DNA of 14,516 nucleotides, taken from Bacteroidota bacterium (GTDB taxonomy: Bacteria > Bacteroidota > Bacteroidia > Flavobacteriales_D > Crocinitomicaceae). Location: NCBI GenBank assembly GCA_039797785.1, contig JBDKHH010000049.1:1-14516 (forward strand). Reading direction: 5' to 3'. The notes under the pieces are model-generated. The model saw nothing but the letters and a program-made list of their open reading frames with translations. It was not told the DNA's origin and made no database searches. This document shows, in pieces, positions 1 through 7,571 of this stretch (the stretch's first letter is position 1; the number at the start of each line of letters is the position of its first letter). The position numbers and the translations under genes were made by a program.

Positions 1-60
1 TTTATTGATAAAAAAACATAAAAAGGAGTAGAACAATTTTTTACACTGCAAATCTATTAA

Positions 61-68
61 TACATTTG
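61..68 (+). promoter_or_regulatory. Candidate Bacteroidetes-type -7 promoter box (TACATTTG) for the first operon
   Basis: TACATTTG matches the Bacteroidetes sigma-A -7 consensus TAnnTTTG and lies 22 nt upstream of the ATG at 90. The -33 region is T-rich but has no clean TTTG. The TTG-extended ORF start at 66 sits inside this box, which argues against that start. Confidence 0.35.
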
Positions 69-89
69 TTCACATTAAATAAAGAAATT

Positions 90-1067
90 ATGTCTGAATT
101 GAACGAAGCCACAGCGAAAAAAAGCAACGGTGTTTTTATTGGAATCATATTATTACTGTTAGTTGGAATAGGAGTAATGGCAGTTATGTACTCTAAAAAG
201 AATAGCGAGCTAAACGATTGTATGAATGACAATCTCGAATTGAAGCAACAAATGGACGACATGAATAAGATGATGGCTCCATACATTGGTGAGGACGCAA
301 CTGACAATTTGCTGAAAGACTTTAAAAACATGGTTGATGATTATGACAAAATCATAAAAGAAGGTCGTGAAGAAGATCAAGAAGCAATGAAAGAGCAACA
401 GGCTAAAATTCAAGGTTTGATTGGAGAGTTGGAAACAGCTAAACGCAGCGGAAACGTTAAAGCATCATTAATTGCTAAATTGAATCGTGAAAATGAAACA
501 TTGCGCACGATCATGAAAGGGTATGTGAAGCAAATTGATGAATTGAATACGAAAAATTTACAGTTAACGTCTGATTTAGACCAGACAACAACTCAATTGA
601 ATTCAACAACGGTTGAGCGTGATACGTACAAGCAAGATGCTGAGGCAAAAGGTGAACAAGTGAAAAAAGGGTCTCGTTTACAAGCATATGGATTTAGTTC
701 AGTTGGTTTACGAATGAAATTAAACAACATGACTGAGGAATCGAATAAAGCTAAATCGGTTGTTCAAATCAAATCAAGCTTTACGATTTCTGAAAACCCA
801 ATTACAACTGCAGGAAAGAAAACTGTTTATATGCAAGTGATTAATCCAGATGGTAAAACATTACAATCGCGTTCTAGCAACACGGTTCAAACTGATGCTG
901 GTAACATTGCGTTTTCAGATAAAAAAGACATCGATTACAACAATGAGCGAATTGATTTGTCGATTTATTACGATTTGAAAGGTGAAGAAGCTATTAAAGG
1001 GAATTATAAAGTGAAAATCTACTGTGACGGTAATCTTATCGGAACAGATAGCTTCACATTAAAATAA
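90..1067 (+). CDS. Hypothetical membrane-anchored coiled-coil protein (~325 aa): short cytoplasmic N-terminus, one TM helix, long coiled-coil region, C-terminal beta-rich domain
   Basis: Long ORF. ATG at 90 (MSELNEATAKK...) is preferred over the TTG at 66. A hydrophobic segment GVFIGIILLLLVGIGVMAVMY is followed by K/E/Q-rich heptad-like sequence, then a Ser/Thr/Asn-rich probable beta-domain. I recognise no named family. Confidence 0.7.
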   Translation: MSELNEATAKKSNGVFIGIILLLLVGIGVMAVMYSKKNSELNDCMNDNLELKQQMDDMNKMMAPYIGEDATDNLLKDFKNMVDDYDKIIKEGREEDQEAMKEQQAKIQGLIGELETAKRSGNVKASLIAKLNRENETLRTIMKGYVKQIDELNTKNLQLTSDLDQTTTQLNSTTVERDTYKQDAEAKGEQVKKGSRLQAYGFSSVGLRMKLNNMTEESNKAKSVVQIKSSFTISENPITTAGKKTVYMQVINPDGKTLQSRSSNTVQTDAGNIAFSDKKDIDYNNERIDLSIYYDLKGEEAIKGNYKVKIYCDGNLIGTDSFTLK

Positions 1068-1100
1068 ACAAGCGTGAGTAAACTCACAAATTTAGGTTAG

Positions 1101-1511
1101 ATGGTAAATATATTTATAGCAAATCTTGATTGGGAAATCACCTCAGAAGATTTAAAAACGACATTTTCAGCGTTTGGTCCAGTGACGTACGCACATGTTG
1201 TGTATGAAAAAGACACGAAACGTTCAAAAGGTTTTGGTTACGTTGAAATGGAGGAAACGGATCATGCTATTAATGCAATCAACGCATTAAATGGTATGGA
1301 GGTAAATGGAAGAAAGCTTGATGTTAAAATCGCTTCTCCAAAAGGAAACCGTCCGATTAAAAAGGCTGAAGAAGAAAAGAAACCTTTTCAGAAAAAACCT
1401 TTTAACAAGGATAACCGTTTCGAAAATAGAAGTTCAAACTATCAACGTAAAGATGATACGCGTCCAGCAAGTACAGAAGGACGCAGACCTCGTCGTACGG
1501 ATGATAAATAA
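1101..1511 (+). CDS. RNA-binding protein with a single RRM domain (RNP-2 IFIANL, RNP-1 KGFGYVEM) plus a basic, low-complexity C-terminal tail
   Basis: The translation MVNIFIANLDWEITSEDLKTTFSAFGPVTYAHVVYEKDTKRSKGFGYVEMEE... contains the canonical RNP-2 and RNP-1 motifs of RRM proteins (Rbp-type proteins of cyanobacteria and Bacteroidetes). The tail is K/R-rich and carries KKPFQKKPFNK. The gene starts 33 bp after the upstream stop. Confidence 0.85.
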   Translation: MVNIFIANLDWEITSEDLKTTFSAFGPVTYAHVVYEKDTKRSKGFGYVEMEETDHAINAINALNGMEVNGRKLDVKIASPKGNRPIKKAEEEKKPFQKKPFNKDNRFENRSSNYQRKDDTRPASTEGRRPRRTDDK

Positions 1512-1519
1512 TTAATAAA

Positions 1520-2293
1520 ATGTCAGAAGCAATCGATCAAGGTTTTGTAGAATACAAAATTGATGAGAAGGGGATTGGAACGATCGAATTTGGTCACCCA
1601 ATGAGTAATTCTCTTCCTGGTAAAATTCTTCAAAAATTAGCAGATACTATTACGGAGCTTGGGAACAATTCTGAAGTTAAAGTAATTGTATTGAAATCTT
1701 CAGGTGAAAAAGCATTTTGTGCTGGAGCGAGTTTTGATGAATTGATTTCAATCAAGGATTTGGAAACTGGTTTAGCATTTTTCTCTGGTTTTGCGAAAGT
1801 AATTAACGCATGTCGCAAAGCACCTAAATTCATTATCGGACGCGTTCAAGGTAAAGCTGTTGGTGGTGGAGTAGGAGTTGCATCTTCAGTTGATTATTGT
1901 TTAGCTACGATTAAAGCAGATGTTAAATTGTCAGAATTGGCAGTTGGAATCGGGCCATTTGTTGTTGGGCCAGCAGTAGAACGTAAAATTGGACTTTCAG
2001 CAATGAGTGAATTGGCAATCAACGCAACAGAATGGCGTTCGGCTGATTGGGCAAAGAGAAAAGGTCTTTACACAGACGTTTTTGAAACTGAAGAAGAAAT
2101 GGATGCAGAGATTAAACGCTTAGCAGAACGTTTAGCCGCTTCTAATCCAGAAGCAATGTCAATGTTGAAAACTGTTTTTTGGCAAGGAACTGAGCATTGG
2201 GATGAATTATTGGTTGAAAGAGCTGGAATGAGTGGTAAACTTGTTTTGAGCGATTTCACTGTAAATGCAATTAACGCATTTAAGAAAAATTAA
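1520..2293 (+). CDS. Enoyl-CoA hydratase/isomerase (crotonase-fold) family protein
   Basis: 257 aa. VIVLKSSGEKAFCAGASFDEL and the GKAVGGGVGVASSVDYCLA oxyanion-hole-like glycine-rich segment are typical of the crotonase superfamily. It begins 8 bp after the RRM gene stop, so it is probably co-transcribed. Confidence 0.85.
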   Translation: MSEAIDQGFVEYKIDEKGIGTIEFGHPMSNSLPGKILQKLADTITELGNNSEVKVIVLKSSGEKAFCAGASFDELISIKDLETGLAFFSGFAKVINACRKAPKFIIGRVQGKAVGGGVGVASSVDYCLATIKADVKLSELAVGIGPFVVGPAVERKIGLSAMSELAINATEWRSADWAKRKGLYTDVFETEEEMDAEIKRLAERLAASNPEAMSMLKTVFWQGTEHWDELLVERAGMSGKLVLSDFTVNAINAFKKN

Positions 2294-2318
2294 AAAAATA
2301 CAACGAAATAAAATAAGG

Positions 2319-2348
2319 ACCGTTGGAAATTAATCCAGCGGTTTTTTG
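2319..2348 (+). terminator. Rho-independent terminator for the three-gene operon
   Basis: An 8-bp stem ACCGTTGG / CCAGCGGT (one G-U pair) with loop AAATTAAT is followed by TTTTTT, 25 nt after the crotonase stop. Confidence 0.6.
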
Positions 2349-2392
2349 TTTAAAAAGGATGTGAAATGAAGTGAAATTCTTTCTAAATCTGA

Positions 2393-2428
2393 GTTTCAAA
2401 CCTGAGGTTCGATTATTGAAACAAAGTC
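2393..2428. repeat. Left arm of a ~36-bp imperfect inverted repeat (partner at 2621-2655); this arm also holds an internal 7-bp hairpin GTTTCAA...TTGAAAC
   Basis: gtttcaaacctgaggttcgattattgaaacaaagtc aligns with the reverse complement of 2621-2655 (ctttgaaacctgag-ttcggttattcaaactttgtc) at ~29 of 37 positions. The core aaacctgag(g)ttcg is near-perfect. Confidence 0.5.
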
Positions 2429-2620
2429 AAAATTAATTAAACGACTTGGGTACAAGGCAGATTTTATAAGGGATAACGAGTTATCGCGTTAAAATCTAAC
2501 GAAGGAAACAAGTTGGTTAATTAACAAAAAACAGAAAGAAATCACTTGTCAATAGCTTCGACAAATTCAGCAGCTTAGCTAATCAGCTTGCTTTTTTCGC
2601 GGCGAATTTATTAGTGTTTT

Positions 2621-2655
2621 GACAAAGTTTGAATAACCGAACTCAGGTTTCAAAG
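2621..2655. repeat. Right arm of the inverted repeat pair flanking ~190 bp upstream of the rplM promoter
   Basis: gacaaagtttgaataaccgaactcaggtttcaaag is the reverse-complement match to 2393-2428, compared by eye. Confidence 0.5.
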
Positions 2656-2684
2656 CAAATGAATAATTCTTTTTTTAAAATTCG

Positions 2685-2715
2685 TTTGTTAATAAAAATA
2701 GAAATCATATCTTTG
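2685..2715 (+). promoter_or_regulatory. Candidate Bacteroidetes-type promoter for rplM-rpsI(-rpsB-tsf): -33 TTTG (2685-2688), 19-nt spacer, -7 TATCTTTG (2708-2715)
   Basis: Both elements and the 19-bp spacing match the TTTG-N19-TAnnTTTG consensus described for Bacteroides/Flavobacterium sigma-A promoters. The predicted TSS near 2722-2725 is ~40 nt upstream of the rplM start. Confidence 0.45.
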
Positions 2716-2761
2716 CACCCCCATTTTAGGGATATTGTCTTATATTAATAAATGTAAAATT

Positions 2762-3217
2762 GTGGATACATTAAGTTACAGAACCGTTTCCGGCAACAAG
2801 GAGACCGCTAATAAAAAGTGGCTTGTTGTGGATGCTGAAGGCCAAACTGTTGGTCGTTTAGCGAGTAAGGTGGCGAAAATCATTCGTGGTAAACACAAAA
2901 CGAATTTCACCCCTCATGCAGATTGCGGAGATAACGTAATTGTTATCAATGCAGAGAAAATTGCTTTCTCAGGAACAAAACTAATTAACAAGGAGTATGT
3001 GCGTTACACTGGATACCCAGGTGGTCAACGTTTCACTTCTGCTCAGGACATGTTGAGAAAACACCCAGAGCGCTTAATCGAAAAAGCTGTTAAAGGGATG
3101 TTGCCGAAAAACAAGTTGGGAAGAAACCTATTTACAAACTTGAAAGTTTATGTAGGTCCAAACCACAACCAAGAGGCACAAAAACCTGAAGCATTTAATC
3201 TTGATTCATTCAAATAA
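2762..3217 (+). CDS. rplM: 50S ribosomal protein L13
   Basis: The translation (V/M)[45 protein letters not shown]...[18 protein letters not shown]...GYPGGQ is a clear L13. The GTG at 2762 gives the conserved Flavobacteriia N-terminus MDTLSY. The in-frame ATG at 2735 would add 9 non-conserved residues (MSYINKCKI) and is the alternative start. Confidence 0.9.
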   Translation: MDTLSYRTVSGNKETANKKWLVVDAEGQTVGRLASKVAKIIRGKHKTNFTPHADCGDNVIVINAEKIAFSGTKLINKEYVRYTGYPGGQRFTSAQDMLRKHPERLIEKAVKGMLPKNKLGRNLFTNLKVYVGPNHNQEAQKPEAFNLDSFK

Positions 3218-3222
3218 GAAGC

Positions 3223-3609
3223 ATGGAAATAGTTAACACATTAGGAAGAAGAAAAACTTCAGTTGCTCGTGTATACCTTTCAGAGGGTACGGGTAAAGTG
3301 ATCGTAAATAAGAAAGACTATAAAGAGGCTTTCCCAGTTGCAGTTCTTCAATCAAAAATCGAACAACCGTTCGCAATTACTGACACAGTAGGAAAATACG
3401 ACGTGAAAGTAAATGTATTCGGTGGTGGTATCAACGGACAAGCAGAAGCTATTCGTTTAGGTATCTCTCGTGCATTGGTTGTAGTTGCTGAAGAGAACAA
3501 AACATTATTGAAAGCTGAGGGCTTGATGACACGTGATCCAAGAATGGTTGAGCGTAAGAAACCAGGTCAACCGAAAGCTCGTAAGAAATTCCAGTTCTCT
3601 AAACGTTAA
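3223..3609 (+). CDS. rpsI: 30S ribosomal protein S9
   Basis: 128 aa, with the [10 protein letters not shown]...[19 protein letters not shown]...[17 protein letters not shown] hallmarks of S9. It starts 5 bp after the rplM stop. Confidence 0.92.
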   Translation: MEIVNTLGRRKTSVARVYLSEGTGKVIVNKKDYKEAFPVAVLQSKIEQPFAITDTVGKYDVKVNVFGGGINGQAEAIRLGISRALVVVAEENKTLLKAEGLMTRDPRMVERKKPGQPKARKKFQFSKR

Positions 3610-3743
3610 AAAATTAGTTGGCGGTTGTTTAGTATCCAAACTGCTGAGTACTCTCCCGAAATGGTCGGGACCCTCGGTTTGTTGAGACTTAATTAAGCCT
3701 GCCTGTCGGCAGACAGGAATGTAAACAATTAAAAAAAATTAAA
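3610..3743 (+). promoter_or_regulatory. Structured rpsI-rpsB spacer (134 nt) with two GC-rich hairpins: a candidate rpsB leader, processing site or partial terminator
   Basis: CCCGA-AATGG-TCGGG (5-bp stem) and CCTGTC-GGCA-GACAGG (6-bp stem) stand out in an otherwise AT-rich region. No U-tract follows and no TAnnTTTG box is visible, so this is probably not a clean terminator/promoter pair. Confidence 0.3.
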
Positions 3744-4511
3744 ATGTCAAAAGTTAGTTTCGAAAATTTATTAGAAGCAGGTGTACACTTCGGACACTTG
3801 AAAAGAAAATGGAACCCGGCAATGGCGCCGTATATCTTTGAAGAGAAAAAAGGTATCCACATTATCGACCTTAATAAGACAATAGCACATCTTGACCAAG
3901 CTTGTGCGGCTATGAAGCAAATTGCAAAATCGGGTAAAAAAGTTCTTTTCGTTGCGACTAAAAAACAAGCAAAAGAGATCGTTGCTCAAAAGGTAACAGA
4001 AGTAAACATGCCATATGTAACTGAACGTTGGTCAGGTGGTATGTTGACAAACTTCCAAACAACTCGTAAATCTATCCGTAAAATGTCATCAATTGACAAA
4101 ATGAAAACGGATGGTACTTGGGAGACATTGAACAAACGCGAGCGTTTATTCAAAACTCGTCAACGTGAGAAATTGGAAAAAAACTTTGGTTCTATTGCTG
4201 ATATGACTCGTCAACCAGCTGCTATCTTCTTAGTAGATATCTTGAAAGAGCACATCGCATTGAACGAAGCAAAAAGATTGAACATCCCTACATTCGCAAT
4301 GGTAGATACGAACTCAAACCCTAAATTGGTTGATTTCCCTATCCCAGCAAATGATGATGCTACAAAATCAATCACAATTATTTTAGATGCTATCTGTGGA
4401 GCAATCCGTGAAGGTTTAGAAGACCGCAAAACGACTAAAGGAGCTGACAAAGACGAAGCACCAGAAGCAGTTGTTGCAACAGAAGTAGCTACAGAAGAAA
4501 ACAAAGATTAA
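3744..4511 (+). CDS. rpsB: 30S ribosomal protein S2
   Basis: The MSKVSFENLLEAGVHFGHLKRKWNPAMAPYIFEEKKGIHIIDL... N-terminus is diagnostic of S2. It has an acidic C-terminal tail. 255 aa. Confidence 0.92.
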   Translation: MSKVSFENLLEAGVHFGHLKRKWNPAMAPYIFEEKKGIHIIDLNKTIAHLDQACAAMKQIAKSGKKVLFVATKKQAKEIVAQKVTEVNMPYVTERWSGGMLTNFQTTRKSIRKMSSIDKMKTDGTWETLNKRERLFKTRQREKLEKNFGSIADMTRQPAAIFLVDILKEHIALNEAKRLNIPTFAMVDTNSNPKLVDFPIPANDDATKSITIILDAICGAIREGLEDRKTTKGADKDEAPEAVVATEVATEENKD

Positions 4512-4532
4512 TAACACTAAAAAATTATTCCT

Positions 4533-5363
4533 ATGGCAATTACAGCTGCAGAAGTAAATAAATTACGCCAACAAACAGGTGCAGGAATGATGGACTGCAA
4601 AAACGCGTTGGTTGAAGCAAATGGAGATTTCGAAGCTGCGATCGATATTTTGCGTAAAAAAGGTCAAAAAATCGCTGCTAAACGTGGTGAAAATGATGCA
4701 AGTGAAGGTTTAGTATTAGCGCAAGTTACTGCTGACGGAAAAACTGGTGTTGTTTTAGCGTTGAATTGTGAAACTGACTTCGTTGCGAAAAATGACGGTT
4801 ACATGAAATTAGTTCAATCATTCTTAGACATCGCGTTGGCAAAATTGCCAGCATCTGCTGAAGAGTTGAAAGCGTTGGCTTACGATGATAAATTAACAGT
4901 AGCAGATAAAATGACTGAGCAAATCGGTGTTATCGGTGAGAAATTAGATTTAGCTTCTTACGCTGTTGTTAACGCTGATAAAGTTGTTGCATACAATCAC
5001 CCAGGAAACCAATTAGCTACTTTAGTAGGAGTTAATAGTTCTTCTGACGTTGCTGAAGATGCTGGAAGACAAGTTGCAATGCAAGTTGCTGCTATGAACC
5101 CAATCGCATTGAACAAAGACGGTGTTGATGCACGTACAATCGAGCGTGAAATCGAAGTTGGTAAAGATTTAGCTATCCAAGAAGGTAAACCAGCTGACAT
5201 GGCTGAGAAAATCGCTCAAGGACGTTTGGCTAAATTCTTCAAAGAAAACACATTGTTAAGTCAAGAATTTATTCGTGACAACAAATTAACAGTTGAAGCT
5301 TTCTTAGAATCAACAGAAAAAGGTTTAACAGTTACTGAATTCAAACGTATCGCGTTGAGTTAA
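4533..5363 (+). CDS. tsf: Translation elongation factor Ts
   Basis: The MAITAAEVNKLRQQTGAGMMDCKNALVEANGDFEAAIDILRKKG UBA-like N-terminus and dimerisation core are those of EF-Ts. 276 aa, starting 21 bp after rpsB. Confidence 0.92.
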   Translation: MAITAAEVNKLRQQTGAGMMDCKNALVEANGDFEAAIDILRKKGQKIAAKRGENDASEGLVLAQVTADGKTGVVLALNCETDFVAKNDGYMKLVQSFLDIALAKLPASAEELKALAYDDKLTVADKMTEQIGVIGEKLDLASYAVVNADKVVAYNHPGNQLATLVGVNSSSDVAEDAGRQVAMQVAAMNPIALNKDGVDARTIEREIEVGKDLAIQEGKPADMAEKIAQGRLAKFFKENTLLSQEFIRDNKLTVEAFLESTEKGLTVTEFKRIALS

Positions 5364-5382
5364 GAAACTTTTTAAATATTGG

Positions 5383-5418
5383 AAATCCCGTTATTCTTTG
5401 AGTAACGGGATTTTTTTT
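5383..5418 (+). terminator. Strong rho-independent terminator after tsf
   Basis: A perfect 11-bp stem AAATCCCGTTA / TAACGGGATTT with loop TTCTTTGAG is followed by a run of T residues (through 5418). Confidence 0.8.
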
Positions 5419-5451
5419 ATCCTTCCCATTTCAGCATTTGTTAAAATCTTA

Positions 5452-5459
5452 TAAATTTG
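5452..5459 (+). promoter_or_regulatory. Candidate -7 box (TAAATTTG) for the flotillin-like gene, implying a ~125-nt 5' UTR
   Basis: It matches TAnnTTTG. The nearest upstream TTTG (5437-5440) is only 11 nt away, which is non-canonical spacing, so the -33 assignment is uncertain. Confidence 0.3.
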
Positions 5460-5592
5460 AACTTTAATTCTGGGGGACTTCTATATTTATCTTTTAGAAT
5501 TCACAAGCGAGTTTGATAAAGATTTTTGCAACTAAAACCAAAACCGATATCTATTCTCATCTTGTTTATTACGTTTATGTAAAACAAAATTT

Positions 5593-7548
5593 ATGGACAT
5601 TTTAGTTAATTATTGGTGGGTAGGCTTAATTGTTATTAGCCTTGTTTTGTACAAATTTATTTTAAGATTCTTATTCGGAATGGTAATCGTTCCGGAAGAT
5701 AGAATTGGATTAGTAACAAAGAAATTCGTTCTTTTTGGTGAGAACAAAGAATTGCCGGATGGTCGAATCATTGCCACAAAAGGTGAAGCAGGTTTTCAAG
5801 CAAAAACATTAGCTCCAGGATTGTATTTCTGGAAATGGGTTTGGCAATTTGAAATCACAATGGAAGAATTTACGATTATTCCAGAAGGTAAAATTGGTTT
5901 AATTCTGGCAAAAGATGGTGCTGAGATTCCTACAGGAAACATTCTTGGTAGAAAAGTAAATTGCGATAATTTCCAGGATGCTGAAATGTTCTTAAATAAC
6001 AATGGGCAAAAAGGTCGTCAAACACATTACATTACAGCTGGTTCGTATCGTATTAACACCATGTTGTTTCAGATTTCTATTACAGACATGATTCGTATCA
6101 ATGAAAGTATGGTTGGAATTGTTACAACATTGGATGGTAAACCAATTGAAGCGGGTCAAATCGCTGGTAAAGTAGTTGATAATCACAACAATTTCCAAAA
6201 CATTGATTCATTCTTGGAGCAAGATGGTAATCGTGGTTTACAACCTTCTGTAATACTTGCTGGATCATACAACTTGAACCCGTGGGCAGTAAAAGTTGAA
6301 GAAACTCCAATGACTGAAATTCCAATTGGTTATGTAGGAGTTGTAATTTCATACATTGGTTTGGAAGGAAAAGATTTAACTGGAGCTGAATTCAAACATG
6401 GTAATATCGTTGAAAAAGGATCGAAAGGTGTTTGGTCAGAACCTTTTGGACCAGGGAAATATCCAATCAACAAATACATTATGAAAGTTGAATTGGTTCC
6501 AACAACAAACTTGGTATTGAATTGGGCGGCTGCGCGAAGTGAATCACATAATTTGGATAAGAACTTATCGACGATAACTGTTCGATCTAAAGATGGTTTC
6601 CCATTCAATTTGGATGTTTCGCAAATCATTCATGTACCAACAACTGAAGCACCAAAAGTTATTGCTCGTTTTGGAAACATGGTGAATCTTGTAACCCAAG
6701 TTTTAGAACCTACGATTGGTAACTACTTCCGAAATTCAGCTCAAGATTCAGATGTGATTGCATTCTTGAGTACACGTAAAGAACGACAAGAATCAGCTAA
6801 AGAACATATCAAACGCGTTTTGGATGAATACAACGTGAATGCAGTTGATACCTTAATTGGAGATATTGTTCCACCAGAATCGTTAATGAAAACGTTGACA
6901 GATCGTAAGATTGCTGAAGAACAAAAAGTGACGTATGAAACGCAAAAACAAGCGCAAGAAACTCGTCAAGGAATGGAAAAGGAAACTGCCATTGCAGACA
7001 TGCAAAAAGACATTGTGAAGGCACAACAAAGTGTTGAGATTGCGGAAAGAACAGCAAACGCAGCAGTGAAAAAAGCGGAAGGTGATGCAGCAGGAGTGAA
7101 ATTAGCTGTAAATGCTGAAGCGGAAGCTACCAAAATGCGTGCATTCGCAGAGGCAGAAGCGACGAAAGCATCTGCAAAAGCAGAATCAGAAGCAATTAAG
7201 TTGAGAGCTGATGCAGAAGCTGAACAAATTTCTAAAATCGGTAATGCAGAAGCAAGTAAGATTCTAGCGGTTGGTAAATCAACAGCAGAAGCGTATGAAT
7301 TAGCAGTGAGTGCTTTGGGTGGTGATAATTTCACGCGTTACAAAATCACTGAGGAATTATCGAAAGGAAATATTAAGTTGATTCCAGATGTCTTGATTGG
7401 TGGAGGAGCTAATGGACAAGGAACTGCAATGGATGGTTTGCTTGGATTGAAGTTGATGGAAATGATGAATCCAGAGCAAAAACTTGTTGAGGAAACAAAA
7501 AAGCCAAAAACAAAAGGTGATGCACCAAAGGATGAATCATCGAAGTGA
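5593..7548 (+). CDS. Flotillin-like SPFH/band-7 family membrane protein (YqiK/FloT-like), 651 aa
   Basis: An N-terminal hydrophobic hairpin (WWVGLIVISLVLYKFILRFLFGMVIV) is followed by an SPFH-like region and then a long Glu/Ala-rich repeat segment (AEAEATKMRAFAEAEATKASAKAESEAIKLRADAEAEQISK...) characteristic of the flotillin domain. The tail is K/E/D-rich. Confidence 0.85.
   Translation: MDILVNYWWVGLIVISLVLYKFILRFLFGMVIVPEDRIGLVTKKFVLFGENKELPDGRIIATKGEAGFQAKTLAPGLYFWKWVWQFEITMEEFTIIPEGKIGLILAKDGAEIPTGNILGRKVNCDNFQDAEMFLNNNGQKGRQTHYITAGSYRINTMLFQISITDMIRINESMVGIVTTLDGKPIEAGQIAGKVVDNHNNFQNIDSFLEQDGNRGLQPSVILAGSYNLNPWAVKVEETPMTEIPIGYVGVVISYIGLEGKDLTGAEFKHGNIVEKGSKGVWSEPFGPGKYPINKYIMKVELVPTTNLVLNWAAARSESHNLDKNLSTITVRSKDGFPFNLDVSQIIHVPTTEAPKVIARFGNMVNLVTQVLEPTIGNYFRNSAQDSDVIAFLSTRKERQESAKEHIKRVLDEYNVNAVDTLIGDIVPPESLMKTLTDRKIAEEQKVTYETQKQAQETRQGMEKETAIADMQKDIVKAQQSVEIAERTANAAVKKAEGDAAGVKLAVNAEAEATKMRAFAEAEATKASAKAESEAIKLRADAEAEQISKIGNAEASKILAVGKSTAEAYELAVSALGGDNFTRYKITEELSKGNIKLIPDVLIGGGANGQGTAMDGLLGLKLMEMMNPEQKLVEETKKPKTKGDAPKDESSK
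7060..7270 (+). repeat. Imperfect in-frame tandem coding repeats (GCnGAAGCn units) encoding the flotillin EA-repeat region
   Basis: gctgaagcggaagct / gcagaggcagaagcg / gcagaatcagaagca / gatgcagaagctgaa recur. This explains the Ala/Ser-rich antisense shadow ORF at 6966..7334. Confidence 0.5.
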
Positions 7549-7571
7549 TAAGAATTAATAAATAAGCAGGA

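Noticed and set aside
66-89. TTG-initiated N-terminal extensions in the ORF track (66, 7653, 10218)
   Set aside because: Each TTG lies inside or next to a predicted TAnnTTTG -7 promoter box. The downstream ATG in each case gives the conserved or biologically sensible N-terminus (signal peptide, [11 protein letters not shown]).
1306-1515. 69-aa K/R-rich ORF in the +1 frame overlapping the 3' end of the RRM gene
   Set aside because: It is produced by the purine-rich, Lys/Arg-codon-rich tail sequence read out of frame. There is no independent promoter or start context, so it is probably spurious, though I cannot exclude it without conservation data.
2404-2414. GGTTCGATT, resembling a tRNA T-loop, in the rplM upstream spacer
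   Set aside because: No flanking T-stem complementarity and no acceptor-stem or anticodon-arm partners, so there is no cloverleaf. It is more likely part of the inverted repeat described above.
2659-2758. 32-codon ORF (MNNSFFKIRLLIKIEIISLHPHFRDIVLY) in the rplM upstream region
   Set aside because: It overlaps the predicted -33/-7 promoter elements and runs into the rplM start region. It is AT-rich chance ORF material.
6966-7334. 122-aa minus-strand ORF, Ala/Ser-rich, inside the flotillin gene
   Set aside because: It is an antisense shadow of the GCnGAAGCn coding repeats of the flotillin EA-rich region. It has no start context, it is low-complexity, and it is fully nested in a well-supported gene.
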